64,000 nt of DNA from Desulfobulbaceae bacterium. GTDB taxonomy: Bacteria > Desulfobacterota > Desulfobulbia > Desulfobulbales > Desulfobulbaceae. Within the stretch, counting starts at the first letter, position 1; every line of letters starts with the position of its first letter. The notes under the pieces are model-generated. The model was not told the DNA's origin. It was given only the letters and a program-made list of their open reading frames with translations, and searched no databases. The position numbers and the translations under genes are program-made. The DNA lies in the NCBI GenBank assembly GCA_003508005.1, contig DNUE01000016.1:24746-88745 (forward strand), written 5' to 3'. This document shows, piece by piece, positions 1 through 8,986 of the stretch.

Positions 1-1249
1 GGCAAACGTCATGGATAACCTGATCCAGGGCTCGCTGCATGAAGGTTGAGTAGATGGCGACCACCGGCCGCAGGCCTTCCAGGGCCTGGCCGGCGGCAAA
101 AGTGACCGCATGCTGTTCCGCGATGCCCACATCGAAAAACCGTTCCGGGAACTCCTGGCTGAAAGGGATCAGGCCGGTGCCGGCGGTCATCGCGGCGGTG
201 ATGGCGGTAAGCCGGTCGTTTTCCCGGCCAAGGGTGCACATGGTTCGGCCAAAGATCTCGGTGTACGAGGCCGTCCCCTTGGAGGACAGCGGGGCGCCCG
301 TGGCAATGTCGAAGGGGCCCACTCCGTGATAATCGCCGGGGTTTCGTTCCGCCGGCCCGTATCCTTTGCCCTTGGTGGTCAGGACGTGGATGAGCACCGG
401 TCCGTGCCGGTTGTCGCGGACATTTTGCAGGGTCTCGATGAGCGATTCAAGCTTGTGGCCAGGCAGGGGGCCGATGTATTCGAATTTGAGGGCCTCGAAG
501 AGCATGCCAGGGGTAAAGAAGCCTTTAAGGCTTTCCTCGCTTTTGCGCAGGACGTTCAGGATATTTTCGCCCACGGAAGAGAGCGATTTGAGGCGTTCCT
601 CGACCTGCTTCCGCAGGTGGCTCATCGTCTTGCCGGTCAGTTTCTTGCTGAGGAAGCTGGACATGGCGCCCACGTTAGGCGAGATGGACATTTCGTTGTC
701 ATTGAGGATGACGATCAGATCCTTGTCCAGGTGACCGGCATGGTTCAGGCCCTCGAAGGCCAGGCCGGCGGTCATGGAACCGTCGCCAATCACCGCGATC
801 ACCCGGCTGTGGTCCTTGGTCAGCTCCTTGGCGGTGGCTATGCCCAGGCCGTAGGAAATCGAGGTGGAACTGTGGCCGGTTTCCACGACGTCGAAGGGGC
901 TCTCCGTACGTTTGGGAAAACCGCTGATTCCTTTGTACTGGCGCAGGGTGTGGAATTTGTCGCGACGGCCGGTAAGCAGCTTGTGGGCGTAGGACTGGTG
1001 GCCGACGTCCCAGATCAGCTTGTCCTTGGGGGTATCGAATACGTAGTGCAGCGCAATGGTCAGTTCCACAACGCCGAGGCTTGGTGCCAGATGGCCGCCG
1101 GTGGCCGCGACGGTGCGGATGATTTTGTGACGGATCTCCGCGGCAAGGCGGTCCAGGGATTCCGGCGGCAGACGCCGCAGATCAGCCGGGGAGTTGATGG
1201 AGTCCAGCAGCTCGGTCTGCCGGTCCTGCAGGGCATTGAGCATGAGCAT
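1..1249 (-). CDS. dxs: 1-deoxy-D-xylulose-5-phosphate synthase, N-terminal ~416 codons (3' end runs off the window)
   Basis: Absent from the ORF track because it has no in-window stop. My translation from ATG 1249 gives [36 protein letters not shown]. Near position 118 downward it gives [38 protein letters not shown], a typical DXS sequence. Sits in the canonical xseB-ispA-dxs order. Confidence 0.9.
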   Translation of the reverse strand, partial: MLMLNALQDRQTELLDSINSPADLRRLPPESLDRLAAEIRHKIIRTVAATGGHLAPSLGVVELTIALHYVFDTPKDKLIWDVGHQSYAHKLLTGRRDKFHTLRQYKGISGFPKRTESPFDVVETGHSSTSISYGLGIATAKELTKDHSRVIAVIGDGSMTAGLAFEGLNHAGHLDKDLIVILNDNEMSISPNVGAMSSFLSKKLTGKTMSHLRKQVEERLKSLSSVGENILNVLRKSEESLKGFFTPGMLFEALKFEYIGPLPGHKLESLIETLQNVRDNRHGPVLIHVLTTKGKGYGPAERNPGDYHGVGPFDIATGAPLSSKGTASYTEIFGRTMCTLGRENDRLTAITAAMTAGTGLIPFSQEFPERFFDVGIAEQHAVTFAAGQALEGLRPVVAIYSTFMQRALDQVIHDVC

Positions 1250-1251
1250 GA

Positions 1252-2148
1252 TCAGGTGGAGCGCTGGATGATGTAGCGGGCCAGGGCCCGCAGCGGTTCG
1301 GCATCGCTTCCGAAACCGTCCAGGGCAAAGGTCGCCGCCGCCACGGCGTCCGCCGCCATGGATTTTGATTTGTTCAGCCCGAACAGGGCAGGGTAGGTAG
1401 CCTTGCCCCGGGCTGCATCACTGCCTGCCGCCTTTCCCAGCTGTTCGGAGGTGGACTCCACGTTGAGGATATCGTCCACGATCTGAAAGGCCAGGCCCAC
1501 CGCATTGCCATAGTCGGTCAACTGGTGCTGCTGCTCAGTGCTGGCGCCGGCGGCTATCCCGCCGGAAAGCACCGCCGCGGTAATCAGCGCCCCGGTCTTG
1601 CTGCGGTGGATCGTTCTCAGCAGTTCAAAGGGAATCTCCCTCCCCTCGTTGGTCACGTCCAGATACTGGCCGCCGACCATGCCCAGCGGCCCGGCTGCCC
1701 GGGCAATGACGGCGATGATCCGCAGGCGAGCCTCGGGGGGAATGTCTCCATAATCCGGGTTACTGAGGAGGTCAAAGGCGAAGCAGTGCAGGCCGTCCCC
1801 GGCCAGGATCGCAGCGGCCTCACCGTAGACCGCGTGATTGGTCGGCTTGCCCCGGCGCAACTCATCGTTGTCCATGGCCGGCAGGTCGTCATGGATAAGA
1901 GAATAAGTATGGATGCACTCCAGGGCGCAGGCAACCGGCAGTACCGCCTCATCCCTGATTTTTCCCTGGGAAATCATCCTGGCGGCAGCCAGACAGAGGA
2001 TAGGCCTGAGCCTTTTGCCGCCGGCAAACAGGCTGTAGCGCATGGTGTCGACATGGTCGGAAAATTGGCCGGCTGCCCGAAGCATGGAGCGGGACAGTGC
2101 CTGTTCGACGAGTTCTTTCTGCTCATGCAGGAAGTTCTTGATCTCCAT
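1252..2148 (-). CDS. ispA: farnesyl/geranyl diphosphate synthase (polyprenyl synthetase family)
   Basis: ORF 1252..2163. Aspartate-rich motifs [17 protein letters not shown] and FQIVDDILN. The first ATG is at 2148 (the track start at 2163 is TTG). The stop lies 2 nt before the dxs ATG. Confidence 0.9.
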   Translation of the reverse strand: MEIKNFLHEQKELVEQALSRSMLRAAGQFSDHVDTMRYSLFAGGKRLRPILCLAAARMISQGKIRDEAVLPVACALECIHTYSLIHDDLPAMDNDELRRGKPTNHAVYGEAAAILAGDGLHCFAFDLLSNPDYGDIPPEARLRIIAVIARAAGPLGMVGGQYLDVTNEGREIPFELLRTIHRSKTGALITAAVLSGGIAAGASTEQQHQLTDYGNAVGLAFQIVDDILNVESTSEQLGKAAGSDAARGKATYPALFGLNKSKSMAADAVAAATFALDGFGSDAEPLRALARYIIQRST

Positions 2149-2371
2149 CCTCGTCCTCTGCAAACGCGGCGTTCTGAAGGGTGCCGTCCTCTTTAAGCAG
2201 CAGATCGACCTGCTGGCGGGCCTCCGACAGCTTTTGGTTGCAGAACCGTACCAGCTCGATGCCTTCGTTGAACTTTTTCAGGCTCGTTTCCAGCCCTTGT
2301 TGACCGTCCTCGAGTTCGGCGGTGATCTGTTCCAGCCGGGCAAGGGCGTTTTCAAATGATTTTTTCGCCAT
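2123..2371 (-). CDS. xseB: exodeoxyribonuclease VII small subunit
   Basis: MAKKSFENALARLEQITAELEDG...LVRFCNQKLSEARQQVDLL is a typical XseB. The internal ATG at 2371 was chosen over the extended track start at 2422. Confidence 0.85.
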   Translation of the reverse strand: MAKKSFENALARLEQITAELEDGQQGLETSLKKFNEGIELVRFCNQKLSEARQQVDLLLKEDGTLQNAAFAEDEDGDQELPA

Positions 2372-2494
2372 ACCTGAAAGAAAACCCTGGGGTGTCAGTC
2401 GCTGCTCCTGCCGTGAAACCATAACCCGGCTAAAGCGTAATTTAGTATGATATACCTTCCGGGAAGGGCTTTCAAGCTATCTTTTATACAGGTT

Positions 2495-2528
2495 GGACAG
2501 AATTCGATCCCGTCCCTGAGACTATTTC
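2495..2528. repeat. left copy of a 34-bp inverted repeat flanking the primase-helicase-like gene
   Basis: GGACAGAATTCGATCCCGTCCCTGAGACTATTTC. Its reverse complement matches 4369..4402 at 28/34 positions without gaps. It overlaps the stop codon of the 590-aa gene. Confidence 0.7.
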
Positions 2529-4294
2529 TCCTCGAAGCCCCAGAAGGGATAATCGAGGCGGTAGTCGGCGACCTTGCCGGGGCTGTGTTCGCGGCTGGCC
2601 ACCAGCCAGAGACTGTTGATCCTCTGGTCCAGGGGTCCGGAGTCAAACGGATCCCATGCGGGGAGCAGGACCAGGGCATTGTCCGCCGAGTATTCAATAT
2701 CGCCGGTGCCTTTGAACGATCCCAGGTGGGGCTGGAGATCATATCTGTCGTCCTTCCCCCGCGAAAGTTCAGAAATGACCAGAAAAGACACGTTCAGTTC
2801 GTCGCGGATAGCCTCCAACTGCCGAAGCCAGGAGTCGATGCCGGTTCGCCGTTCCGTTAAGTCCTTGAAGGGGAGCTTATGCAGGCTGTCGATGATGACC
2901 ATGGTGTACTGGCTCTTGGTTTCATGGCGGATGAAATCGATATGGCGGCGCATGAGTTCCGGTGAGAGCTGGCGGTCGGTGACCACCCGGAACCAGGGCA
3001 GAAAACGGCGCAGTTCATCCTGGGAGGCCCGGAGGCGCGTGGTTTGTTCCTGATCCAGGCCGCTGCTCTGCAACTGTTCATTGGAGAGGCGGCTCATGCG
3101 GCACAGGGTGCGCTGGTAGATTTTCTGGCGGCCATTCTCGAAATCATAGTAGATGACCGGGATGTTGCGGCGGGCCATTTCCGTGGCCGTCTGAATAAAG
3201 AAACAGGACTTGCCGCTCTTGGGGGTGCCGCCGAGAATATTTATGCCGTGCATTCCCCCCAGTGCCCTGTCCAGGGCCGGAAAACCTGAGAGCATGGTCC
3301 GGTACTCGTCGCCGCCTTCATGCTGCAGTCGATCGTGGAACTGGAGGTATTCCTTCTCCGGCGAGGCAAAGGGCGAAAAGGCCCTGGCCTCCATTATCAT
3401 GCGGAAGGCGGTCTGCTGAAACACCTTCTGTTGATCAGTGGCGAGTAGGACCAGGGAAGAGTTTTTCTCCGTGTGGTCAGGCCAGCGGACAATCCTGGCC
3501 TTGAAACCCAGGTTCGTGGCGAGGGCACGGGCTGCCTGTTCCGAATCGGTGCTGTGATTGACCCAGAGGAAGACGGTGGAGAGCCAGCGGAAGGCGCCGG
3601 CCGGGAGTTTTTCAAGCGCCCCGGCCGAGTTCACGGCTACCCCGGGCAGACCCAGCTGCTTGATGGTCAGCAGATTGAATTCGTCCTCCACGATGATCAG
3701 GGAGCCGTTTTCGCAGCGGTCGATGTCTCCCCCGTTGAAAAGCATGACCCGGTCGGTCGTCACATCCTCGTTGCCGTACCAGAAACTGTCCTCGGGCCTG
3801 TCAGGATGGACGCAGCGGGCGACGTAGCAGTTGCCGTCCTCTTCTATGTAGGGGTAGACCAGATAGCGGCCGTTATAGCCGACCTGCATCTCCATTAATG
3901 TTTCCCGGGTGATTCCTGCCCTCTGAAAATAGGCGAATTGCTCCTCGGTCATCCTGCCCATGAAATCCAGTATTTCGGCATTGATGTTCTTGACCGGGAA
4001 TTCGACGCCGGCGGCCTCATATTCCCGGTCCGGGTCGTAGCCCGGGACGGACATCATGTTGAGAGCCCTGAGTCTTGCAAAATAAAGGGGAAAGCCGCCC
4101 GGGATACAGCGGTTCTGGCAGCGGAAATAGCCGTGAAAATAACTGTCAGGATTGAGAAAGATCAGGATCTGCCCGGCCTTGCCGCCAGATTTACCGGCGC
4201 AGAACGGGCAGGGGGCGGAAAGAATGTTGTTTTTCAGTTCACCGTCTGGTAACTGATTATGGTAGAATTCAGTAATGGCGTCGACTTTTTTCAT
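2522..4294 (-). CDS. primase-helicase-like protein (N-terminal Cys4 zinc ribbon, TOPRIM-like middle, DnaB-C/RecA-like P-loop ATPase); T7 gp4/Twinkle-like architecture
   Basis: CPFCAGK...FRCQNRC zinc-ribbon-like Cys pairs. LIIVEDEFNLLTIKQLGLPGVAV is a TOPRIM-like acidic strand, but no clear DxD motif is present. Walker A GGTPKSGKS, Walker B-like TMVIIDSLHKL, and SFLVISELSRG. Confidence 0.65.
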   Translation of the reverse strand: MKKVDAITEFYHNQLPDGELKNNILSAPCPFCAGKSGGKAGQILIFLNPDSYFHGYFRCQNRCIPGGFPLYFARLRALNMMSVPGYDPDREYEAAGVEFPVKNINAEILDFMGRMTEEQFAYFQRAGITRETLMEMQVGYNGRYLVYPYIEEDGNCYVARCVHPDRPEDSFWYGNEDVTTDRVMLFNGGDIDRCENGSLIIVEDEFNLLTIKQLGLPGVAVNSAGALEKLPAGAFRWLSTVFLWVNHSTDSEQAARALATNLGFKARIVRWPDHTEKNSSLVLLATDQQKVFQQTAFRMIMEARAFSPFASPEKEYLQFHDRLQHEGGDEYRTMLSGFPALDRALGGMHGINILGGTPKSGKSCFFIQTATEMARRNIPVIYYDFENGRQKIYQRTLCRMSRLSNEQLQSSGLDQEQTTRLRASQDELRRFLPWFRVVTDRQLSPELMRRHIDFIRHETKSQYTMVIIDSLHKLPFKDLTERRTGIDSWLRQLEAIRDELNVSFLVISELSRGKDDRYDLQPHLGSFKGTGDIEYSADNALVLLPAWDPFDSGPLDQRINSLWLVASREHSPGKVADYRLDYPFWGFEEK

Positions 4295-4368
4295 AGTGGC
4301 GGCAAAACTCCTTTGCTGGCGTTTAACCTGTTGTTTCTATTGAAACAGAAACGGGAGCGTACTTCAAC

Positions 4369-4402
4369 GAAATAGTCTCGGGGATAGAATTCAATTCTGT
4401 CC
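4369..4402. repeat. right copy of the 34-bp inverted repeat; contains a 25-nt palindrome centred on GAATTC
   Basis: GAAATAGTCTCGGGGATAGAATTCAATTCTGTCC. The internal palindrome GGGGATAGAATT-C-AATTCTGTCCCC spans 4380..4404 (11/12 arm match). It lies in the 147-bp divergent promoter region. Confidence 0.7.
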
Positions 4403-4441
4403 CCGACTTAACAGCGACTTAACAGGAGACAGGAGAGAAAT

Positions 4442-6859
4442 ATGACGGACTCCCCGATGTATGAAAAGCTCGATCTCTTCTACCTGGGGCGCGAGATGGA
4501 TCCCGCCACCGGCCAGACCATCTCTCTACCGTTCCTCTACAAGCACAGCCACATGACAACCCATGCCGCCATCATCGGTATGACCGGCAGCGGCAAAACC
4601 GGGCTGGGGATCTGTCTACTCGAGGAAGCGGCCATTGACCGGCTGCCGGCCATTGTCATTGACCCCAAGGGCGACATGGGCAATCTACTCCTGACCTTTC
4701 CCGATTTGCAACCAGAGGATTTTTTGCCTTGGGTTGACCAGGCACGGGCGGAGCAGAAAGGGGTAAGCAGGGAGGAACTTGCCCTGGAGACGGCAACGAC
4801 TTGGGAGAAGGGGCTTAAGAGCTGGGACCAGGACCGTGAGCGCATCGTCCGCCTGAAGGCAAATGCTGATTTTTCCCTGTTCACCCCGGGGAGCGAAGCC
4901 GGCCGGCCGGTTTCAGTGCTGGCGAGCCTGGAGGCGCCGGCCCCGCAACTCCTGGAGGACACCGCCACCGCGGCCAGTTTGGTAAATTCCACAGTTTCTT
5001 CCATTCTCGGCCTGGTGGGCATGCATGCTGACCCGCTGACCAGCAGGGAACACATATTGCTGTCTGCTATCATCCTGCAGCAGTGGCGGCAGCAGGCAGC
5101 CATCACCCTCGAGTCCCTGGTTGCCAGCGTGGTCACCCCGCCTTTTGCGCAGATCGGGGTCCTGCCCCTGGAGAGCTTCTATCCACAGAACAAGAGGATG
5201 GAACTGGCCATGCAGCTTAACAACATCCTCGCCAGTCCAGGGTTTGCCGCCTGGACCAAGGGCGAGCCCCTGCGCATCGACAGTCTTCTTTATACCGCGG
5301 AAGGCCGGCCCCGTATCTCCATCTTTTCCATAGCGCACCTGAGCGAGTCGGAACGGATGTTTTTCGTGACCATGCTTCTCGGCCGGCTGATCAGCTGGAT
5401 GCGGCGGCAGCCGGGCAGCAGCAGCCTGCGCTGCCTGCTGTACATGGATGAGATCTTCGGCTATTTCCCGCCGCTCGGCAACCCCCCCGCCAAGGCGCCA
5501 ATGCTGCTCCTGCTGAAGCAGGCCCGGGCCTACGGTCTCGGTATTGTCCTGGCTACCCAGAATCCCGTGGACCTCGATTACAAGGGGCTGGCCAATATCG
5601 GCACCTGGTTCATCGGCCGGCTGCAGACCAGGCAGGACCAGGACCGGGTCATGACAGGGTTGGCCGGCGGGAGCAACGCTCTGGCGGAAGAAGACATCCG
5701 GTTGCTCCTGGCAGGGCTTCGCGGCCGGACCTTCCTCGTGCATTCCGCCCACCTTGACCGCCCTGTGCTTTTTGAAACGCGCTGGGTCATGTCCTACCTG
5801 AAGGGTCCCATCGCCTTGAACGAAACAGCCAGTCTGGCCGCTTTTCCGCAGGACGCTACCGCGACGCCGGCTGCTGTGGCAGCGTCCGCGGATGCGCAGA
5901 CCGCTGCTGCACCTGGTGCTGGCGGTTTTTTGCTGACGCCGCCCCTGCTGCCTGCAGCTGTGCCGCAAAAATTTATGCCGTCGCCTCTTCCGGTGCAAGG
6001 GGTGCGCTATCAGCCCTTTTTTGCCGGTTCGGCCACCGTCAGGCTATTCAGCCAGGCCAGGGGTATTGATCAACTGTCCCCGGTCCGGCTCAAAATTCCC
6101 CTCGCCGGAACAAGTGAAGCTGCGGATTGGGCCGTTGCCGTTGATAATACGGTTTTTCCGGAATCGGTCACAACCATGCCGCCGGCCGGGGCGCAATATA
6201 ATTCCCTGCCCGCATGGATCATGGCGTTGAAAAACTTGCGCGGCCAGGAAAAGAGCCTTGCCGATTACCTGTATCAGACCAGGACCATGACCCTCCAACG
6301 GGTAGCCGCCCTCAAGCTCGAATCTGGGCCGGAGGAGACGGAGAGCGAGTTTCAGCAGCGGGTTGCTGACCGTCTGCGGTCCCTGAAAGAGGCGGAGGTG
6401 GAGAAAGTCAGGCAGCTCTACCAGGGCAGGGAGCAGGCTATAGTTCGCCGGCTGCAGAATGCACAGGCCCGGATGGAGAAGGAAAAGAGTGATGTGGCCA
6501 GCCGGGGCGTGGATACGGCCCTTTCCTTCGGGGTCGCGGTGCTTGGCGCCTTCTTTGGCCGCAAGGCGCTCTCAGTGACAACTGCCTCGCGTTCGGCCCA
6601 GGGGGTGCGCAGTGCGGGTCGGCTCATGAAGGAGAAGGGCGACGCACGCAGGGCAGTAGAGGAGGTTGCGCGGATCGAGGAAGAGATCGCCGCCCTGACA
6701 GCGGAACTGGAGGAAAAGATCGCGTCGGTGACCGGCCGCTTCGATCCATCCTTCTATCCGGTGGAAAAGGTGACAATCACCCCCCGCCGCAGCGATATCG
6801 CCGAGGTCCGGGTCTGGCTGCAGTGGGAGCCGGTGCTGGACCTGCCGGGACGGCAATGA
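4442..6859 (+). CDS. HerA/FtsK-like (DUF87/DUF853-type) P-loop NTPase with a long C-terminal coiled-coil/hydrophobic extension
   Basis: Walker A GMTGSGKTG followed by AIVIDPKGD. Walker B LLYMDEIFGYF. GLGIVLATQNPVDLD. The C-terminus is rich in E/R/K heptad-like sequence with the hydrophobic stretch ALSFGVAVLGAFFG. A good RBS (AGGAGA) is present. Confidence 0.7.
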   Translation: MTDSPMYEKLDLFYLGREMDPATGQTISLPFLYKHSHMTTHAAIIGMTGSGKTGLGICLLEEAAIDRLPAIVIDPKGDMGNLLLTFPDLQPEDFLPWVDQARAEQKGVSREELALETATTWEKGLKSWDQDRERIVRLKANADFSLFTPGSEAGRPVSVLASLEAPAPQLLEDTATAASLVNSTVSSILGLVGMHADPLTSREHILLSAIILQQWRQQAAITLESLVASVVTPPFAQIGVLPLESFYPQNKRMELAMQLNNILASPGFAAWTKGEPLRIDSLLYTAEGRPRISIFSIAHLSESERMFFVTMLLGRLISWMRRQPGSSSLRCLLYMDEIFGYFPPLGNPPAKAPMLLLLKQARAYGLGIVLATQNPVDLDYKGLANIGTWFIGRLQTRQDQDRVMTGLAGGSNALAEEDIRLLLAGLRGRTFLVHSAHLDRPVLFETRWVMSYLKGPIALNETASLAAFPQDATATPAAVAASADAQTAAAPGAGGFLLTPPLLPAAVPQKFMPSPLPVQGVRYQPFFAGSATVRLFSQARGIDQLSPVRLKIPLAGTSEAADWAVAVDNTVFPESVTTMPPAGAQYNSLPAWIMALKNLRGQEKSLADYLYQTRTMTLQRVAALKLESGPEETESEFQQRVADRLRSLKEAEVEKVRQLYQGREQAIVRRLQNAQARMEKEKSDVASRGVDTALSFGVAVLGAFFGRKALSVTTASRSAQGVRSAGRLMKEKGDARRAVEEVARIEEEIAALTAELEEKIASVTGRFDPSFYPVEKVTITPRRSDIAEVRVWLQWEPVLDLPGRQ

Positions 6860-6868
6860 CCGGGAAGC

Positions 6869-8350
6869 TCAGCCAAGGAAGGGCATCAGGCCCTCTTTGC
6901 TCAGCTCGTTTGTGAACTTGACGTGCACCGAGTAGTCACTGAGGACAGGGTCATATATCTGCACCCCGGTAACCGTGCCCCGCAGGACCATATCTTTGCC
7001 GCCGCTGGTCGGGATGCACGCCTTGATGCTCCGGTTGAGAAGCAGGCGAATGTTTGCTTTCTTGGTGATCCTGATGAAGAAGGAAAGGCCGCCCTGGGAA
7101 ATATCGGTTAACTCGCCCTTGAAGCTGCTCAGGATGCGATCCTTGTCGTCTACGATCTGCAGCTGGATTTTCAATTCAACCTTGAATCGTTCATGGACCC
7201 TGCGGTCCAAGCCCTTTTTTTTCATCGCAGCATAGAAATCGCTGCAGCGGTTGTAATAGTCGATCAGCTTGGATTCAATTCCCGGAAACCGCTGCTCCAA
7301 CCGGGTCAGATATTCACGCTTGAGGACCGAAATGGAGGTCTGTTGCTGTGCGGTCAGGGACAGTGTCCATACCGATGCGTTGAAGAAATTCTCTCCGATA
7401 ATCTCACCGTTCCCCAAATCTTTCAGGAAAAGCTTCTTCTCTCCGTCCGTATAGGACGCCATGACGCTGCCGTGGTTGATGAAGAACAGCTCGTCATTTT
7501 GTGCTCCTTGGGTGACTATGGTTTCTTCAGGCCGGTAGCTGCGTATTTCCATCTCATGGTAGAGGGAATTGAATTCTTCGGTGGAAAGGACGGTGAGGAG
7601 CTTGGCCCAGACGGCAAGATGGTCCTTGGTGATGGACCCGGATTTTTCCTCCTCGATAATGTCGCCGGATTGAATGATCTCCATCAGCGCCAGGGGATCA
7701 ATCTCATAGATCCGTTCCCGCAGGCGTTCGGCATTGAAGAAATCTTTTTTTCTTGCGCAGGCGACCACCAGGTCAAAGAGCTGTTTCTTGGCCTCGTCCC
7801 TGTTGCCCTTGGCAGCAAGCTGGAATATCTGTTCCTCGCGCAGGGAAAGAAGGTCCTTGGGTTTCTGCGTCGGGTTCTCAGATTTTTCCAAGACGATTTG
7901 CCGGGTCTGTGCCATCTGCACTGCCTTGGCCGCCGAGGCGTGCAGCTGTTCCGGGTAAACCGGATTGCCGATTATGTTCTGCAGGGCGGGAACGGTCTTG
8001 CCCAGGATCTCCCATTGCTGAACCTGGGCCAATCTGGAAGCATTGGCGATGAGGCAGGCAGAGGCTGCCTCCCGGATCTCCTTGTCTTTGCTGCGCGAGC
8101 CGAGCTGGAGTTGGTCAAAAAGCTTCTCCACGACCGCCCTTTTCTGATTCGCGAAGAGGCGGACGATGGCTTCAGGCAAGGGTGCGGTGACCCTCTGATC
8201 GAGCAGGACCCTTTGTTCACCGCGCAAGAGACGGTTCAAGGCATCCTGGAGGCTGAAAACCTGTTGCTGGGTCAATGGAGCACCTTTGGCGAATATGTAT
8301 TTCAGGATAACTCTTTGTCGTGACGTAGCATTGAACGGGTGGCTTGTCAA
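6869..8350 (-). CDS. cyclic-nucleotide-binding domain plus C-terminal PilZ domain protein
   Basis: The cNMP-binding beta-barrel is suggested by ELFFINHGSVMASYTDGEKKLFLKDLGNGEIIGE. The PilZ signature is RRVHERF...DISQGGLSF. Confidence 0.75.
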   Translation of the reverse strand: MTSHPFNATSRQRVILKYIFAKGAPLTQQQVFSLQDALNRLLRGEQRVLLDQRVTAPLPEAIVRLFANQKRAVVEKLFDQLQLGSRSKDKEIREAASACLIANASRLAQVQQWEILGKTVPALQNIIGNPVYPEQLHASAAKAVQMAQTRQIVLEKSENPTQKPKDLLSLREEQIFQLAAKGNRDEAKKQLFDLVVACARKKDFFNAERLRERIYEIDPLALMEIIQSGDIIEEEKSGSITKDHLAVWAKLLTVLSTEEFNSLYHEMEIRSYRPEETIVTQGAQNDELFFINHGSVMASYTDGEKKLFLKDLGNGEIIGENFFNASVWTLSLTAQQQTSISVLKREYLTRLEQRFPGIESKLIDYYNRCSDFYAAMKKKGLDRRVHERFKVELKIQLQIVDDKDRILSSFKGELTDISQGGLSFFIRITKKANIRLLLNRSIKACIPTSGGKDMVLRGTVTGVQIYDPVLSDYSVHVKFTNELSKEGLMPFLG

Positions 8351-8371
8351 GTGTTCGCCGTGGCAGGATTC

Positions 8372-8980
8372 CTATCCTGGCGCAGCGATCACGCGGTACT
8401 GCAGAAGCAGGGAGATGACCCGGTCGATGGGGAGACCGACGACATTGGCGCAGGAACCTTCGATCCTGCGCACGAGAAAGGCCCCGGGCCCCTGGATGCC
8501 GTAGGCTCCAGCCTTGTCCAGAGGGTCGCCGGTGGCGATGTATGCCTTCAGTAGTTGGTCCGGGGCAGGGATGAAGGTTACCCCGGTTGTATCCACCTCG
8601 GTTTGCTCAATTCCCTGCGCCGGGGAGCACAGGCAGATGGCGGTCATCACCTGGTGGGTCCGTCCGGCCAGTTGGTGCAGGATGGCCAAGGCATCGGCCC
8701 GGTCTTTCGGTTTGCCGAGGATCATCCCGTCCAGGGTGACCACGGTGTCAGCGCCGAGCACCCAGGCCCCGGGGTGGGAGCCGGCAACGTCCCGGGCTTT
8801 GCTTCCGGCCATCCGGATGGCAAATTCCCCAGGCGATTCACCAGGCAGCGGGGTCTCATCGACCTCGGCCGGTGTGACCGTGAAATCGAGGCCCATGCTC
8901 CTGAGCATCTCCTGCCGGCGAGGGGAGGACGAGGCGAGGATCAGAGGGGCAAGGGTGGCGAACAGGGGGTGTCTCGGCAT
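8372..8980 (-). CDS. maf: Maf-like nucleoside triphosphate pyrophosphatase
   Basis: LILASSSPRRQEML...GADTVV...DKAGAYGIQG are canonical Maf motifs. Confidence 0.9.
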   Translation of the reverse strand: MPRHPLFATLAPLILASSSPRRQEMLRSMGLDFTVTPAEVDETPLPGESPGEFAIRMAGSKARDVAGSHPGAWVLGADTVVTLDGMILGKPKDRADALAILHQLAGRTHQVMTAICLCSPAQGIEQTEVDTTGVTFIPAPDQLLKAYIATGDPLDKAGAYGIQGPGAFLVRRIEGSCANVVGLPIDRVISLLLQYRVIAAPG

Positions 8981-8986
8981 GGCGGT

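Noticed and set aside
110-1276. Long ORFs antisense to real genes: 110..1276 (+) vs dxs; 4913..5998 (-); 7193..8323 (+); 21925..22767 (-); 29336..30388 (+); 40051..41565 (+) vs ilvB; 50301..52349 (-) vs ligA; 58296..59618 and 59655..60662 (-) vs SNF2.
   Set aside because: Their translations are Arg/Gly/Pro/His-rich low-complexity sequence with no motifs, and each lies exactly opposite a gene with unmistakable conserved motifs. They are a typical stop-codon-poor antisense-frame artefact of GC-rich DNA.
4297-4318. AGTGGCGGCAAAACTCCTTTGC next to the primase-helicase-like start codon, considered as another block A copy.
   Set aside because: Similarity to block A is limited to TGG..GC.AAAACTCC, the orientation and context differ, and it is too short to distinguish from chance.
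4380-4404. LexA/SOS box in the divergent promoter palindrome.
   Set aside because: The palindrome (GGGGATAGAATT-C-AATTCTGTCCCC) does not match the CTGT-N8-ACAG geometry or the other LexA consensus sequences I know. It is kept only as an unassigned operator candidate.
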